A stretch of 63,289 nucleotides of DNA, filler included, from Hausera hauseri (taxonomy: Eukaryota): the NCBI GenBank assembly GCA_046269625.1. It is 10 parts of 10 records of this genome, joined end to end, with 100 filler letters (N's around TTAATTAATTAA, not from the genome) between each part and the next. Parts side by side here need not be neighbours in the genome. Positions count along the whole stretch, not along the records: positions 23,214 to 29,918 come from JBJURY010073549.1; positions 30,019 to 34,001 come from JBJURY010841191.1; positions 34,102 to 39,431 come from JBJURY010278063.1; 7 more parts are not named here. One strand, given 5' to 3'. Of the stretch, positions 24,591 through 37,617 are shown one piece after another. Below the pieces are notes generated by a model. It did not search any database. It was not told where the DNA came from and saw nothing but the letters and a program-made list of their open reading frames with translations. The translations under genes were made by a program, and so were the position numbers. Every line of letters starts with the position of its first letter. Position 1 is the first letter of the stretch.

Positions 24591-27489
24591 GCAAGTAGAG
24601 TGAGTTTTTTGGAAAGCTAAATGCACTAGATTTGTGACGGCAGTTTACACACACAAACACGCACACACATGGGAAATCGGCAAAATCAGAGTTCTTTAAA
24701 GGCAAAGAAAAAATAAATCAGTTATCGCCAAACACATTTGGAAATGCGCAGATACAACCAGTTGGCCGGATTCAGCTTGATTTTGTACTTTCATTATGAA
24801 ACCAAGAGTGTCACTAAGAACCGTTGAGCAGGCAGAGAGAGTGAGGACTTTTAACACGTTACACTGGAATGGAATCATTGCTATTTTGAAAAAGGTTGAC
24901 ACAAACGAGAGACAACATTGTCAGCAACGTATAGAACGCACAGCTAACAATACTTTTAACCGATCTCTGTCGTCATCGTTTCTTCAAATAAGACCTCAAT
25001 GAAAGCCAACATTTGATATTGGCTAATATGTTTAAACGAAAACGTGATAGATGATATTTTCAAGCCCGTCGACTGGATGTCAATCGACAAAAGTTTTTGG
25101 CATATTGCAAACGTTGTTCAAATTTTTTATTGCATTCATCGGCTAGACAGACGAAACCGTTATATTCAAAAATGACTTCCGTTGAATTGAAATCCGTAAC
25201 GGCTTTAACGGCGTGATTGTAGCTTAAAAAAATTCACTTCGGTACCGCCGGTGTTTAATTTGAAATTGCATTGTTTTACATGTTGCAACTGTTGATTGGA
25301 CAGATTCGTGTCGGACTGGAGATTGCTGATGAGTAAGGTTTTGAGTTTCATGCTCAGATCATTGGATGGAACGTCGGACTAATTGGGATAAATTGGACTG
25401 AGAGACGTTAAAAAGAGGTAGTTTGTAGGACAGTTGAATTCCAATTGATTATCAGCAAGAATAGGTGTGAGATTGTCATTATGAGTCTGAATGATGACGT
25501 TGTTAAATTCGTTATTGGATGAGATGGGGGATTTGGCTAAAACGGATTTCAGACTGATTAGGTCCTGTTTGCGTTTCGACGTTCGTGGAGATCCCGCTGG
25601 AACAATATGGGAATCTTTCGTAGCGGAAATGTACAGTGATGGACCACAACCGTTTTGCAGAGGATCACGGTTTGATATGTACGCATTCTGTAATTAGGAT
25701 AGAACAATAACGTATTAACACATTTGAATTTTTCAGAGTACTGTCGTAATTTCTTTCGATCTGTTTAGAGAGTGGTCGAGGTTCACAGCTTTTGCTTTAA
25801 CAGCCTTTTGCTGTGAAATTTTTGAGTAGGATAGGAATTGTGAAATTTCGAGGCGGCGAATCAAGCCCAACTATGGGCTTGACGCGGCGACAACTGACAC
25901 CCGGCCGTGCCCAACCAAATTGGCCAAAAGGCACCGGCTGCTGTTAGCACCACAGATTGACTGTGCAAGCATGGCGCCTGCGGCGATTGTGGATGCATCT
26001 GTTGTTAAGATAAAAGATGCATCTCGTTTAGGATAGTACAGTGTTGGTATGTGAAGAATAGCCGTTTTGCATTGGCAAATGCCTGTTCAGCCTCATCCGT
26101 CCAGTTTACGTGACATTTCTTGGGTCCTTGGATTAAAGAGATAGAGGTGACAGGATTTCCGAAAAGTGCGGAATGTAGCGATGGGAGAAGTTTATCGTGC
26201 CAAGGAAGCTGCAAAGGCCAGTCACTGTGGATAGCTTCGGTATTTGTTTGATAGTCTCTAGTCGCTCAGGAAGAAGACTGTGGCCATGTGGTGTTAACTG
26301 AAGTCCGAGAAATACGGCTTCAGTTTTAAAGAATGATCATTTGTTTATGTTCAACTGTAGGTTGTTTTCATTCAACCTATGAAACACATTTTCGAGGTGT
26401 GTTTTATGAGTCGCTTCATCCGGTGATGCAATCAATATGTCATCTATATATGGGGTTGCATAAGGCATGTCGATGAGGACTTGGTCTATGTGACGTTGAA
26501 ATATTTGACTTGCATTCTGTAAGCCGAATGGCATGCGTAGATACTCGAACAAACTGAAAGGCGTTATTACGGTCGTTTTTGGAATGTCTTTGGTAGCCAT
26601 TGGGATCTGGTGGTATGCCCTTTCCAGATCGACTGTGCTGAATATTGCGGCACCATGTAGGAGATGCAGTATATCGGTTGTCAACGGTGTTGGGTATGAA
26701 TCGTGGATGGTAACGCTATGTAACATTCTATAATGACCACAAGGCAGGTATAAACCGTCCTTTTTGAGAACCATGTGCTATGGTGATGTCTGTGGCGATG
26801 TAGAGTGGCGTATGATGCCTGTTTCTTCGAAGTGTCGGCATTCGGCTTCCACGGCTGCTCACTTGACAGGGTCAAGCTCCCTCCGGGGTTGCCGAATCGG
26901 TCTATCATATTATGTGACGAGAAAGTGTGATGTTTTCATCTCTTCCTGTGTTGGTTGTGTTGAGCATTTCAACAAGTTAGGGTATTGCGCTTGGAGCAGT
27001 GATGCGATGTCAATGGGATTTGCGATTTTTATGCCGTTACCGCGTTTATGATTAGCGTAAATGTGGGTGGAGGTAACCGATTGCTCCCGTTGGTAAGTTG
27101 TTGATTTCGGCAATCAACTGTGAGGTCGTAGTGATATAGGAATTCAGAACAAAGGATTGGTTGCATGACATCGGGCAATATGATTTACAAAGCATATGGT
27201 CGGCCTTGTAGATGAAATTGCAGGTACAGTTTATCTATAGCTGCTATTCGCGTGCTATTGGCAGCTTGGAGCGATGCATGCGAGACCAGCGTAGTTGTAG
27301 TGTATGCGCTAGGTATCAGCGATAAAGCTGCATCAGTGTCTATTAAAAAATCCAGTTGTTTCTAGATGTCAGAGTGTAGTAGCCTCGCCTCGAGAGTGAA
27401 AATAGCATCGACAATGCGCTCGCTATTTGTATGCGGCAGTTGTGGTGATTGGGTTTCCTGTCGACGTGTCGTTGTTCGTCTGGGCCCAT

Positions 27490-28812
27490 TTAGTTTTTTG
27501 ATTGATTGTAAAATTTGCAGCCGGATCGACATATTTTTGTCTCTGGACCAAAATGATTGTGATAAATGCAAGTGTTTTGCATTTTTATATTTGCGGACTG
27601 CTTGTCGAATTGACAACCATGATGACATTTGTAAGAGGATTCACCAAATGATGTGTGAAAATGGCAAATTTTGGAAAAATTGCTTTTCTTCCTCTTGGGG
27701 AATTGGAGCCGAGACGACGGTTTGTTTTTGGCTGGCAAATTCTTGTGTATTACAAGTGCTTGCAGTGCAGCAATAGTCGTGTCCAGCTGACTTTGCTGGG
27801 TCGTTGTGACGGAGTTGATGTTTTCCGTTACTGCGGATTCTACGATGCCTTTAATGCACTCATATATTTTATCGGCTTTTGATGCCATATCGTCCAATGT
27901 GGTGTCGGGCGGTGATAGCACAAGTGCCGCTTGAATTTGGCTTGACAAATTACACGGGAAGTAGCGCCGTAGTATGTGCTGGTTATTCTGGAGGTCCAAC
28001 TCAGTATTTCTGAAGTCTAAGAGTAAGTTTTGAAGCAGAGCAGAAGGTTTTATATTTCCTGTCTGTCGCTTGGTGAAAACCAGGTTAAACTGGTCTTGTT
28101 GGGATGACAGATATGCTTTGCATATGGATTCTTTGATTTTGTCAAACGGCATTTCATCTGACAGAAACGTGTCAAGATCCGTTATTGCTGCGAGAGTTGT
28201 TGGCTGCAGGTATTGTGTCAAGGTTACAGCCGTGTTTAGTTGGCCAGTGATGCTGCATTGAGTAGCCAATGTTTTAGACACATGGAACCACTTCAGTGTA
28301 GTTCCGTCCGAACCTACTAAGAAGGTAGTACACGCTAATATAGGTGGTTTGGCCCGTTCTGCTGAGGAAATTTCTTTATTTTCTTCAGGCGTATGGATGT
28401 CAACGCCTCCTTTTAGTTTTGGAGTCGCCAGTATAGTGTTGTTAGATGTGAAAATTGCACTGACTATGCAAATATGCTTATGCAATAATTCTCCATTATG
28501 AGAAAATGTATGCTCGGGATATTGTTGTTTTAAAACTTCCAGCATTCCCGACATGCCTAGTGTCAATGGAAAGCGATGAGCTTTCGTCGAACGCCAATTT
28601 TGTACAATAAGTTGTACTTCGTTTGGCGTACTATCGACCGGTGTTGTTTGATTACATATGGTTATGTATGCATGTGTGACCGGATTAATTTCGACGGTGT
28701 TCATGTAAGTTTGAGCCTGATTGCTATCAACGGCTGTGTTTAGTGTGTAAACCGGATGAATATCCATGGTTCTGTCCAAAAGGGACGTAGGTGCGGTACT
28801 TGCTGCCACCAT
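27490..28812 (-). CDS. Uninterrupted leader-UBL-Gag protein of Gypsy element 3
   Basis: Probable start aaaATGG at 28812. UBL at 28620-28405 ends PKLKGG. Capsid-region TGNIKPSALL and MASKADKI. Two CHCC knuckles at the C-terminus. Confidence 0.85.
   Translation of the reverse strand: MVAASTAPTSLLDRTMDIHPVYTLNTAVDSNQAQTYMNTVEINPVTHAYITICNQTTPVDSTPNEVQLIVQNWRSTKAHRFPLTLGMSGMLEVLKQQYPEHTFSHNGELLHKHICIVSAIFTSNNTILATPKLKGGVDIHTPEENKEISSAERAKPPILACTTFLVGSDGTTLKWFHVSKTLATQCSITGQLNTAVTLTQYLQPTTLAAITDLDTFLSDEMPFDKIKESICKAYLSSQQDQFNLVFTKRQTGNIKPSALLQNLLLDFRNTELDLQNNQHILRRYFPCNLSSQIQAALVLSPPDTTLDDMASKADKIYECIKGIVESAVTENINSVTTTQQSQLDTTIAALQALVIHKNLPAKNKPSSRLQFPKRKKSNFSKICHFHTSFGESSYKCHHGCQFDKQSANIKMQNTCIYHNHFGPETKICRSGCKFYNQSKN
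27493..27499 (-). promoter_or_regulatory. -1 frameshift slippery site at the gag/pol junction
   Basis: A AAA AAC directly before the gag TAA; pol continues in the -1 frame (KKLNGP...). Confidence 0.75.
28405..28620 (-). other. Ubiquitin-like domain (72 aa) ahead of the Gag capsid
   Basis: EVQLIVQN..STKAHRFP.....GMLEVLKQQY..HTFSHNGELL........FTSNNTILATPKLKGG fits beta-grasp spacing, with an SDE2/FUBI-style P(K/R)L.GG end. Confidence 0.7.
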
Positions 28813-30984
28813 TTTAGTGTTCCCATCCTTGTGGATAGAACTTTTAAATATAAAAAGGAAAGCCAACATGTAAATACAGTCGAATAAAACGACTGAAACA
28901 AAAATCGAGAAAACAACAAACAAATAACGTACATAATTCTTATTTGGTTCACGTTATTCGTCCGTCGAGGCGTATGAATCCTCGGTAGTGGATTGGGATG
29001 ACCCGAGTCTGCGAAGTCGTCAAGGAGGGAGTCGCATGTCGTCCGAACTGGTGCTCAACTCCCTTGTCCGCCGTGTGTCGGTGGTTCCGTGACCTCGAAT
29101 TAACTGGCTCTCTGATGGAACAAGTGATTCGAAGAGGCGATCTGCAGCCATCATCAGTTTTATGAAGACTGGTAGGAAAACTGACGAATCAAAAAGTCAC
29201 CGGTTCTCCCCGTGGGCGTAAAACTGGTAAAGGGTAGCGATCGGTGGAGAGTAAGAATCGTCATTCCTCAAGCTGTGTCAAACGACTGTGCCATATAAGT
29301 TCCCGTGCCGTTGGATAATCCGACTAGGATCGGCATGGACCTTGTCATCCTGAAGGATGTTTGTGGGATCACCTCGAGGCTTTGTCCTTCACTCGGCGCT
29401 CAGGTAGATGAGCGAAATTCTGCAGGTTTCCCGCACGTCAGTTTGACGCTCGGTCTTATGGAGCCGTGGGATGCAATATCCCGCAGCTATTGTTACCCCG
29501 TTCTTTATGATCGGTTCACCGGGTCTTATTGTGTTGGTGGCTGTCGTGTGTCCCTTTTCTTGAGTTTTTCGTGTCACTAACATAGTGTTTCGTTTTCTTT
29601 TAAATAAGTTAAATTTGGTTTTCAACTGCGGATTTAAACAAATGGATTTTAAGTTCATATATTTTTTTATCACAAAGTGCTGGATACTTCGACACATGTG
29701 ATTCTTCTTTTTTATATTTTCTATTTTGTATAGGCGGATTCGTGATTAAAATGTATATTTTAATTAGGGCGAATCCATAATTTGGTTACTAGTATTGGAA
29801 TTTATTTTACATGTTTGATTAAGTTTTTATGTGATTTATTTATTTATTTTTTACTGCAGCTCCCCCGCCTAAAAATAAAATTGAAATGACTCAGGGATTT
29901 TAATTTTAGAATTTTTTGNNNNNNNNNNNNNNNNNNNNNNNNNNNNNNNNNNNNNNNNNNNNTTAATTAATTAANNNNNNNNNNNNNNNNNNNNNNNNNN
30001 NNNNNNNNNNNNNNNNNNATTCTTTGTATGAAGGTATTAATTCGTTCATAGTGTTTTAGTGAAACGTAAATGTCCATGTGATGGAAGTAAACATCAGAAA
30101 TATTTATCTTGGATTTTACATGCAAATGTGATGAGTCAAATCAATATTAATTTAATTTGAATGAGAAATGTCCAAAATAAGATGAACAGAACTTATTTAT
30201 TCGATCCCAAAATGAATGCTAAGTGATGTCATAAATAAAAAAATTTCTGTTTACTAATTTTGTGTATTTTTTGGAACGAGTGGAATTTGACGATCAATCT
30301 CTAATTTGTAGTTCGCATCATGACCAAATGTATGCCAAAAGAGTACATCTGAGATAAATCGGGTCTGTGGGAGCAATCACTGTTGAAATTACTGATAATT
30401 CGGGAATTTTTGGACGGCTTATTTTTTGTTTTAGTTCATCCTTTTATTTGGCAAACTTTTTTGTCTCTTTATTCATTATGTATAAACTCTGGAGATACTA
30501 TTAAAATGAAATTTATTTTAACAATTTGCAGAATATTTTTTAGAAACATGTTGGTTCAAATTGGTCCATTGATTTTACTACGTCATTTCGCACTTTCTCA
30601 ATTTTCCGCCTAAAATGCACATTTAGTAATAAACAGGAATTTTACACAAACGATGACATGGTATGAGTTAAATATTAGGTGGATATTTATTAGTTCGACA
30701 AATCATCAACAAAACACAATAGTAGGTAGAAAAGAGTGCATCGCGCCATACCCCACCCCCTCCCCCGGGGAAGGAAAATTGATGTGGTTCGCGGATGAGT
30801 CATGAGGTAGAAAAAATGATACATACATACACGACTAATAGGGCGGAGATAGGAGACACACAATCACAAAGTGCGTACACACAAAGTAATGCAGCAGCAA
30901 AAATAAATAATAAGCAAATTATTATTTATTTTTAATTTGTTTAAATAATGGATAAATAAATACTTTAAAAACTCTGGATTTATT

Positions 30985-33600
30985 TCAATTATGAACGAAA
31001 ACAAAGCAGTTAAACCTCAGGATTTCGATCCTCCGACTTTGCCGAACAAAGTCTTCTTGACAGTTGTAGATTTCTGCTGTGAAATCCATGTTCATATTTG
31101 AATTTTCATTGCGTATTCTACGGAAAATATCTTCAGTCATATGCGATTTATATTTCCCCCATAACTCTGTTGGAGATGAAGGAGAGCAGGCGGTCAATAT
31201 TATTGCAAACAATGCACGAATTTGATTTGAATGTGACGTGTTGCACGCGACATTAATGCATACACCCTATTGTCGGTCGTTCTCCAATAAATTCAGAGCA
31301 TGACATGCACTATGGAAAGTGGCATGTGTAACGCCGTTGACAATTCTCAGTTGCCGGAAAGACGTTGGACCGGGCACATTTACCAACAGCATGCAAAGAA
31401 AGAAGCATTTATCTTGACTGGAATGCACGGTGTACAGTCTGCTTATCGTAGTTTCTTTGAATATGCCAGGTTGTCCGTCGACTCGCTTTCCTCGCTTGCA
31501 TCGTTCAAATAATTTTGTACTTGCACTCTATGTGTAATGCGTAGGCACTTCCGAATACAGCAGTGTCTTCGCAAACGTGTCATTTTGACCTAACGTGAAT
31601 AAAGCAGTTAACGTTGTAGCTGGTGGATTAAGGACTATTTGTTGCCCATTTGCAGCTGTAAAATAAACGCGTTGTCCATTTCTAGATGTGCTGCTATGTG
31701 AACAACAGCTGGACTTCTTCCATGTATGGGAAATAAAAGAATTCGCCATACAGCTTCATTGCTGCTTATGTATCTTCCAGGATGATACTGTGCGATTTCA
31801 TCGATCACTTTTTTCTGGCTGCACGCTAAAAACTGCCATGTCACTGCCTTTATTCACGTCCTTACACGTTTTTGATCGATTTAACGGAGTTACGGTATTC
31901 CACGTTTATTTGCGCTTTGTGTGTTTTTCGTAGCAAAAGCGAATATGCAACAACCCATCAGTTATACACTTCGATGTCGCCGTTTCGCATTTGTATGGTT
32001 GTTAATTTACCGCTATCGTCTGCTGATATTGTTCTGTATAAAGGATATCAATTGTTTCCTGTAACTACTAATGCTCGAGGATATCACTTAGAGCACTTTC
32101 CGTCTCTCAAGTATGGTGAATTTGGATTCAGTATACCGCAAGGTCCATGTAGTGAAGAACATACGCAATTGCATGTTGAACATACTTATGCATATGGCGT
32201 GAACTGCCTGTATATGAAGATGTAAAAATCGTTAATCTTCCTATGTTAATTGTATTACCGTCATTTACAACTGCATCTCGCAAATGAACGTATTCTTCAT
32301 AGCAAAGCTTAGTCTGATTCAAACGGATGAATTTCAAGCGTTCTGATTCGATTTTTGCATGCATATCTGCGATGTATTGATAAAACAATTGACGATATTT
32401 CAAAAGATGATTGTCTTCATTCTCAAGAATTATTAATCGGTATGAATAATAGTTCATTGCCCTGCATTTCTTGTTTCTTCGCCACTGACCTGATATTTTA
32501 TCTTAAAGTTGACGTGATATCCATAGGCACCATTCCAAAAAATGATTGGATATTGCAGGGCATCGTAGCATCGATGAGTTTCTGCATTTTTGTCAATTGA
32601 TCAATTCTCCGATGAAGAACAATATCTGTAGGTTGGAATTGATCTTCGAGTATAAAATTTTCCACTTCGTCTATAATTGGTGTACTGAATCTTCGCACAT
32701 GTTCTCCAGAAGGCATTTTGTCAGCATGAATAATAATCTTGTGTGTATCAGATGACATAATGTCAACTGCTGTTTTGATTAAACGCAATAAATTGTTGTT
32801 TTTGTGAAGAGGCTCTTGCAGTTGGGAAACGATTGACCTCTTTATGCCAGTAGAAATTCCGCAGCGTGCATTCAATTCATTATTGCCATCACCGGTGCAA
32901 TACATTTGTAGAAATTTGGGAAAGGAAGCCATCTGGGAAAGGAAGCCGGCTTTATGATAAATTTGTCCTTCCACATTGGAAGTTGGCATGAATTTAGCTG
33001 TTACGATTTCTTTGCCGAACGACATCATCTGGAAGCATGAGTTGTATTTCCTGATGTTAAATAGGAAATGCTTTTATTCGGTGGTATATCTGTCCAGAAA
33101 AGTTTTAATGGCTCTAGAGGTTCTCCGAGTTGAGGCAGTTTAATTTTTCTCTGCAGCACAAACATTCTTTTCGTTTCTTCATTAAATTTCAGAGCCTTGC
33201 AATAAGGGTACATTTCAGTCGTAGCGCCGATGAGAACATGCCGGTTCAAAATATAATCATCATCTGGGTTGTACAGGAATGCAAGGCGATTGTAATCGCG
33301 TGATTGCTGAGCACGGAGTCGTGTTTGACGTCTTTCAGCCACTGTCAGCCTGTCGCGTTCATTCTGCTGAGTACGAAGCATATCTGAAGCTACAGAACGC
33401 TATCGCTGTGCTCGCAACCGTGCATGCTCAAGTCTGGTTGCATGACGCTTTGTTGCTTCCTCGACACGTATTTGAGCCATTCTTTATCTGTTTCGCTCGT
33501 TCCCTGATGCCCGTTCTTCCTCAGTTTGATTTGCAATTACTCGTCGCATTGCTTCCGCTCGGCGAGTACTACGACCTAAGTTTGATCTTCCTCGAGGCAA
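30985..33600 (-). mobile_element. Helitron RepHel pseudogene (N-terminus and Rep region; helicase missing)
   Basis: GQIYH..G.L, IH.DK.P.GEH.RRF, YYSYRL, QLF.QYI.D...KIESERL.FIR.NQ, SSYTGS.RHM, RYISSNEAVWRI..FPIH.R.P.V..HLE.GQRVYF, FAIILT.C.PS.P..LW.KYK..M.EDI. Confidence 0.93.
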
Positions 33601-34429
33601 TATTTCGATGATCTAAAGCAGATCCATTGCACTGAAAAAGAAGCAAGAAAGTTATAACAGAAAGATATGAAATTTCAAAACATTAAAAAAGGAAAAGTCT
33701 TAGAATTTAACAAAATCATATAAATGAATGAAGAAATCAGTACCTAACAGTTTCTTACCATCGTTGACTCGATAACATAGGTTACACTTCCACCTGCGCT
33801 GGTCCAGGAAGGTGACGAACGGGTTGATGTACGTCCGACACGAGCGACACCGCACTATCGTGTTGGATGTGATCACTGGTAGCTGCTGCGGAGAGGAACA
33901 GCGAAAGGGTTAAACTTTCACCCTATCACCCTTCTGCTCAAGTTCTGGCCTCTCAACTTGTTTTCTCCATTTTGAATCTTTTAGAAAAACATTCCTTTAT
34001 TNNNNNNNNNNNNNNNNNNNNNNNNNNNNNNNNNNNNNNNNNNNNTTAATTAATTAANNNNNNNNNNNNNNNNNNNNNNNNNNNNNNNNNNNNNNNNNNN
34101 NTTCGTTGTGATTAGATTTGCTGAATGATTCAAATCAGACAAGTTGATTGTTTGTTTGGAGAGATTGACATTTTCGAATCAGAAAACAAGGGCCCGCCTA
34201 TGTGCCCGACGCGTCGGCAGCGGAAAACCCGACCGTGCGCAACCGAATGGGCCGGAGGGTAACAGTCGACGCCGGCACCACAGCAGCATCCTCATCGAAA
34301 ATTTTTATGTGGGCTGTGGCGTCATAGGCGTTCAAAAAATTATTTTACAGAAGGACCAGGATATATACAGGGAGTTACATCTAAGAGTGGCCTGATAGCC
34401 CCCGTATTCTATTTTGTCAGTGGATAACC

Positions 34430-35172
34430 AAGTGGTGACATCGGGTTTTCTAAGAGATTTTGTAAGATTTTCCTTGACCATATTTTGAAGTGGTATGTAG
34501 CAAAATGATATTAGAATTTCTCAAAAGTATTTACGAGGTAAGCAGGAAGATTCGGAAAATTTCTCTGTAGCGTCCGCTAAAGATGAGTGTGAAAATGAGC
34601 TGATCGCAAAAGATAGCTAGCTACTTGAGGACGAGCAGGTCAGGATGTCATCATTTGTACTATCGTATATCCTATTTATCGAATTGCAGTAAATGGTGAC
34701 AGGGTTCTCTAATTTAGCAAAGTGAGACCAGTGTCTTTAGTGGAGCATTGGTTGTGGCAATATAGAGTTCTATATTGTTGATGTTTATTTTAAGTTTGAT
34801 TATAGTAATTTTATCTATATGTGTAAAGTCCTTTTTTGTACATTTCGGTTTTACGTACATTATAGTTCCTACGACTGTCGCGCGGACCTGCACTTCTTCC
34901 TTATTATGTTTGGACGGTAGGGGTTTGTTGGGAGTGTTATCGGTTAATTTTTCAATTTTGAAGTACTTGATCATCAATCTGTTATTTTTAAAATATATGG
35001 ACTTATTTACATAGGTGATATTGCCCTTGAAGAAGACGTATCTGGATTTAGTGTGATTTAGCAGTGGGTATATAAGTAGAGAGGGCACTATTGGTTGCAA
35101 GGAGTGCATTATCCAATGGCCATTATAACACACGTTACGTGTTTCTTTATTAGCCTTGCTGCTAAGGTACAT
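34430..35172 (-). mobile_element. Possible N-terminal remnant of a NeSL-like non-LTR element
   Basis: NGHWI and TWL.TD.IEY resemble Ulp1-type protease motifs. Composition is similar to the NeSL remnant on the same contig. Weak. Confidence 0.25.
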
Positions 35173-36019
35173 TTAAATTTGCAAATTATGAAATAATTCA
35201 GTATAGAAAAGCTAACATAATAAAATTTTACTTTCTTGATTTCAATTAGGATACGTCTATTTATAAAAAATTAAATAAGTATATTTCATAAATTCACCAC
35301 GAAAAAAAAACGATTTTTTTATCAAAAAATAGTGTATATCCATCTTTTGAAAGTAAATTCTTAATTTGTTCGAAATTTCTCACTTAAAACACTGGAAAAG
35401 TCTTAGTTGTCATTAAAATTGTCACATCATCAGTCAATCTCAACAGCAACAAATCATTGAGAAATGAACAAACAAGATATGAATATTGCCCCTTGATCAT
35501 TTTGTGTCCAACTACAAATGAAAATACCGATGAATGAGGAACATGTGAGCAACCAGCAAATTTATTCATCGAAAAATAACGTGAATTTTTATTTATTATA
35601 TCACAATGAACATAAATACTATGGACAAAACAGAACTAATTCATCGACGTTCTACCCTCGAAATATTGGATAGCCGAACTTCCTGGTTCTGCAACTGGCA
35701 GATAGAGCCTGGAAACTTCTGGCCGGTCGAACTCTGGACGCGCCAGCAATCTGTGATGATAAGGCCGATATTTAACGCAAATACCGTTTCGTCAGTGCTT
35801 TAGGCCTTTTCTGCGAAACACGAAAAATTGTCACAAATGAAGCAAAATAACTTTTTGATGATTAGCAATATCGTACAAACTAGTTTTACATATTAAAGGA
35901 AACATTAGAAACTTATTTGCAATTGTCAAAATGTGGGGTACTCATTTTGTGTGAACTCATTTTCTTTCAAAGTTTTCATCAATAATCCTTTCAGGCATAG
36001 TATGTGATATCTGCAATCC

Positions 36020-36286
36020 TCAGCAATCTTGTGAACAATGAGAACGTTTTACCAACTCAGTGCTTTTCTGTCTTAAATTGCTCTTTGATCTGCCACTACC
36101 TTCAAGTCTTTCAAAAGAATTTCTCTGATTTTCTTTGAACTCCTTACAAATTGGCTGGATGCAGAGTAAACTTAATCCACCATCTGGCCACCCTTCTTTC
36201 ATGATTTCTTACATTCTAGTTGCTTTATAACCACATCTGCGTAAAGATTCAATCAGAAAATGCAAATGGTCCTCCGTGGTTTCCAT
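36020..36286 (-). mobile_element. Tc1/mariner transposase N-terminal HTH fragment
   Basis: METTEDHLHFLIE...CG.KATRM*EIM...W....LSL..IQ.ICKEF....RNSFE..EGSGR follows the mariner HTH-SGRP pattern. Confidence 0.6.
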
Positions 36287-37617
36287 AAAAATAAAACAAA
36301 AATATCCATCTTAAACAAAAATACAACATAATATAACAACAATTTAAAATTATAGCTTTATTTGTTAGTTTAAATTTGATTTAATTCAAATTTCAAACAA
36401 TACAAAACAATAAATTTAAATTTAAAATAATACAAAATAATCAATTGCATTTATCATTATAACAGTTACATATACATATCTATAATACATTTTGTTTGCA
36501 ACAAAAAGCGCCATTTTTCTGGTATAGCCTCTACATAAAAATATATAGTTTGCATAATTCAATAACAAAAGTAAAATAAAGTAAAGTCTAATTCTGACAC
36601 ATTTTATTGAAATAACAATACAAGTGACATTTATTTGCTAACATATTCGGATAAATCGTAAAGACATTTTCTCTATTCAATATTATACGCAATAATCAGT
36701 TTCATTACTAAAATGTGAATTTAAATTTTGAATTCACATTAATTCAATTTATTTTTTCGATTAAAGCATTTCAAAATATTGACGATTTTTTACTCTTTCT
36801 CCGTTATGGTATTTTGCCCGACATTTTTCAAGCCCAGGCAACCGAAACACCCTTTTCTATAAGATTTGAATAATGTGGGAAATCTCAGGTTAGCCAGGGT
36901 CGATAAAATTTACCCGAGGCAATTTTACTCGTACAATACAATTCATATGCACTGGATACAATAATTTAATCATCATTGGTATATCAATATTTCCAAATAG
37001 CTTTTTCAGAAATAAATAATCCAATTACTGTTTGGAAAATAAATACTTTTCGTTGTCTTTTAAAGGAAATATGACATCGAAAGTTACCATGATTTTTATC
37101 AAGAGATAGTGTAATTTATGATTCCACGTATGATTACGTAGAGTTTGTGGATTTTTACTTTATTGAAAATGACTTTAAAATTTGGAACTTTTTAAATTGA
37201 TATTTATAAACTATAGAATGTTTGATAAGTAACAGCCGCTCGGCAAAATCAGAAATTTAAATTTCATTGTCTGTCCCCCAAAAATGTGGTAGCTGTAAAT
37301 GAGATTGTTGTAATTTGTTATATAGTCCTATTCATCAAATAATTGATCTGCATCTATATACATTTTAATGCATTTCAAATAATAATTATTTGTAAACGTT
37401 ATGGACAAACCAACAAATAAATATTAGAGACTATTAAACAAATTAAGTTTTAATATACAAACTCATAGAATTTTAAATTGAAATAGTGACTATGTAAATT
37501 TGATCTCGTTTTAAAATTCGAAATGAATAAATCTTATCTTTCCTGTTTACGTTAATAATTTTCAAATTATTTTTCATTTTACAAACATACTGAATCTTCT
37601 ATTTTCTCCATATTCAT

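Larger units (their letters stand above)
25925..29582 (-). mobile_element. Ty3/Gypsy (CsRn1-like) LTR retrotransposon 3: open gag, decayed pol truncated in RNase H
   Basis: Gag ORF 28923-27490. Protease FLIDTDA. RT FSTVDLERAYHQIP, TPF.LFEY..MPFGLQNA, YIDDILI. RNase H TTDAS. No integrase. The 5' boundary is approximate. Confidence 0.93.
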
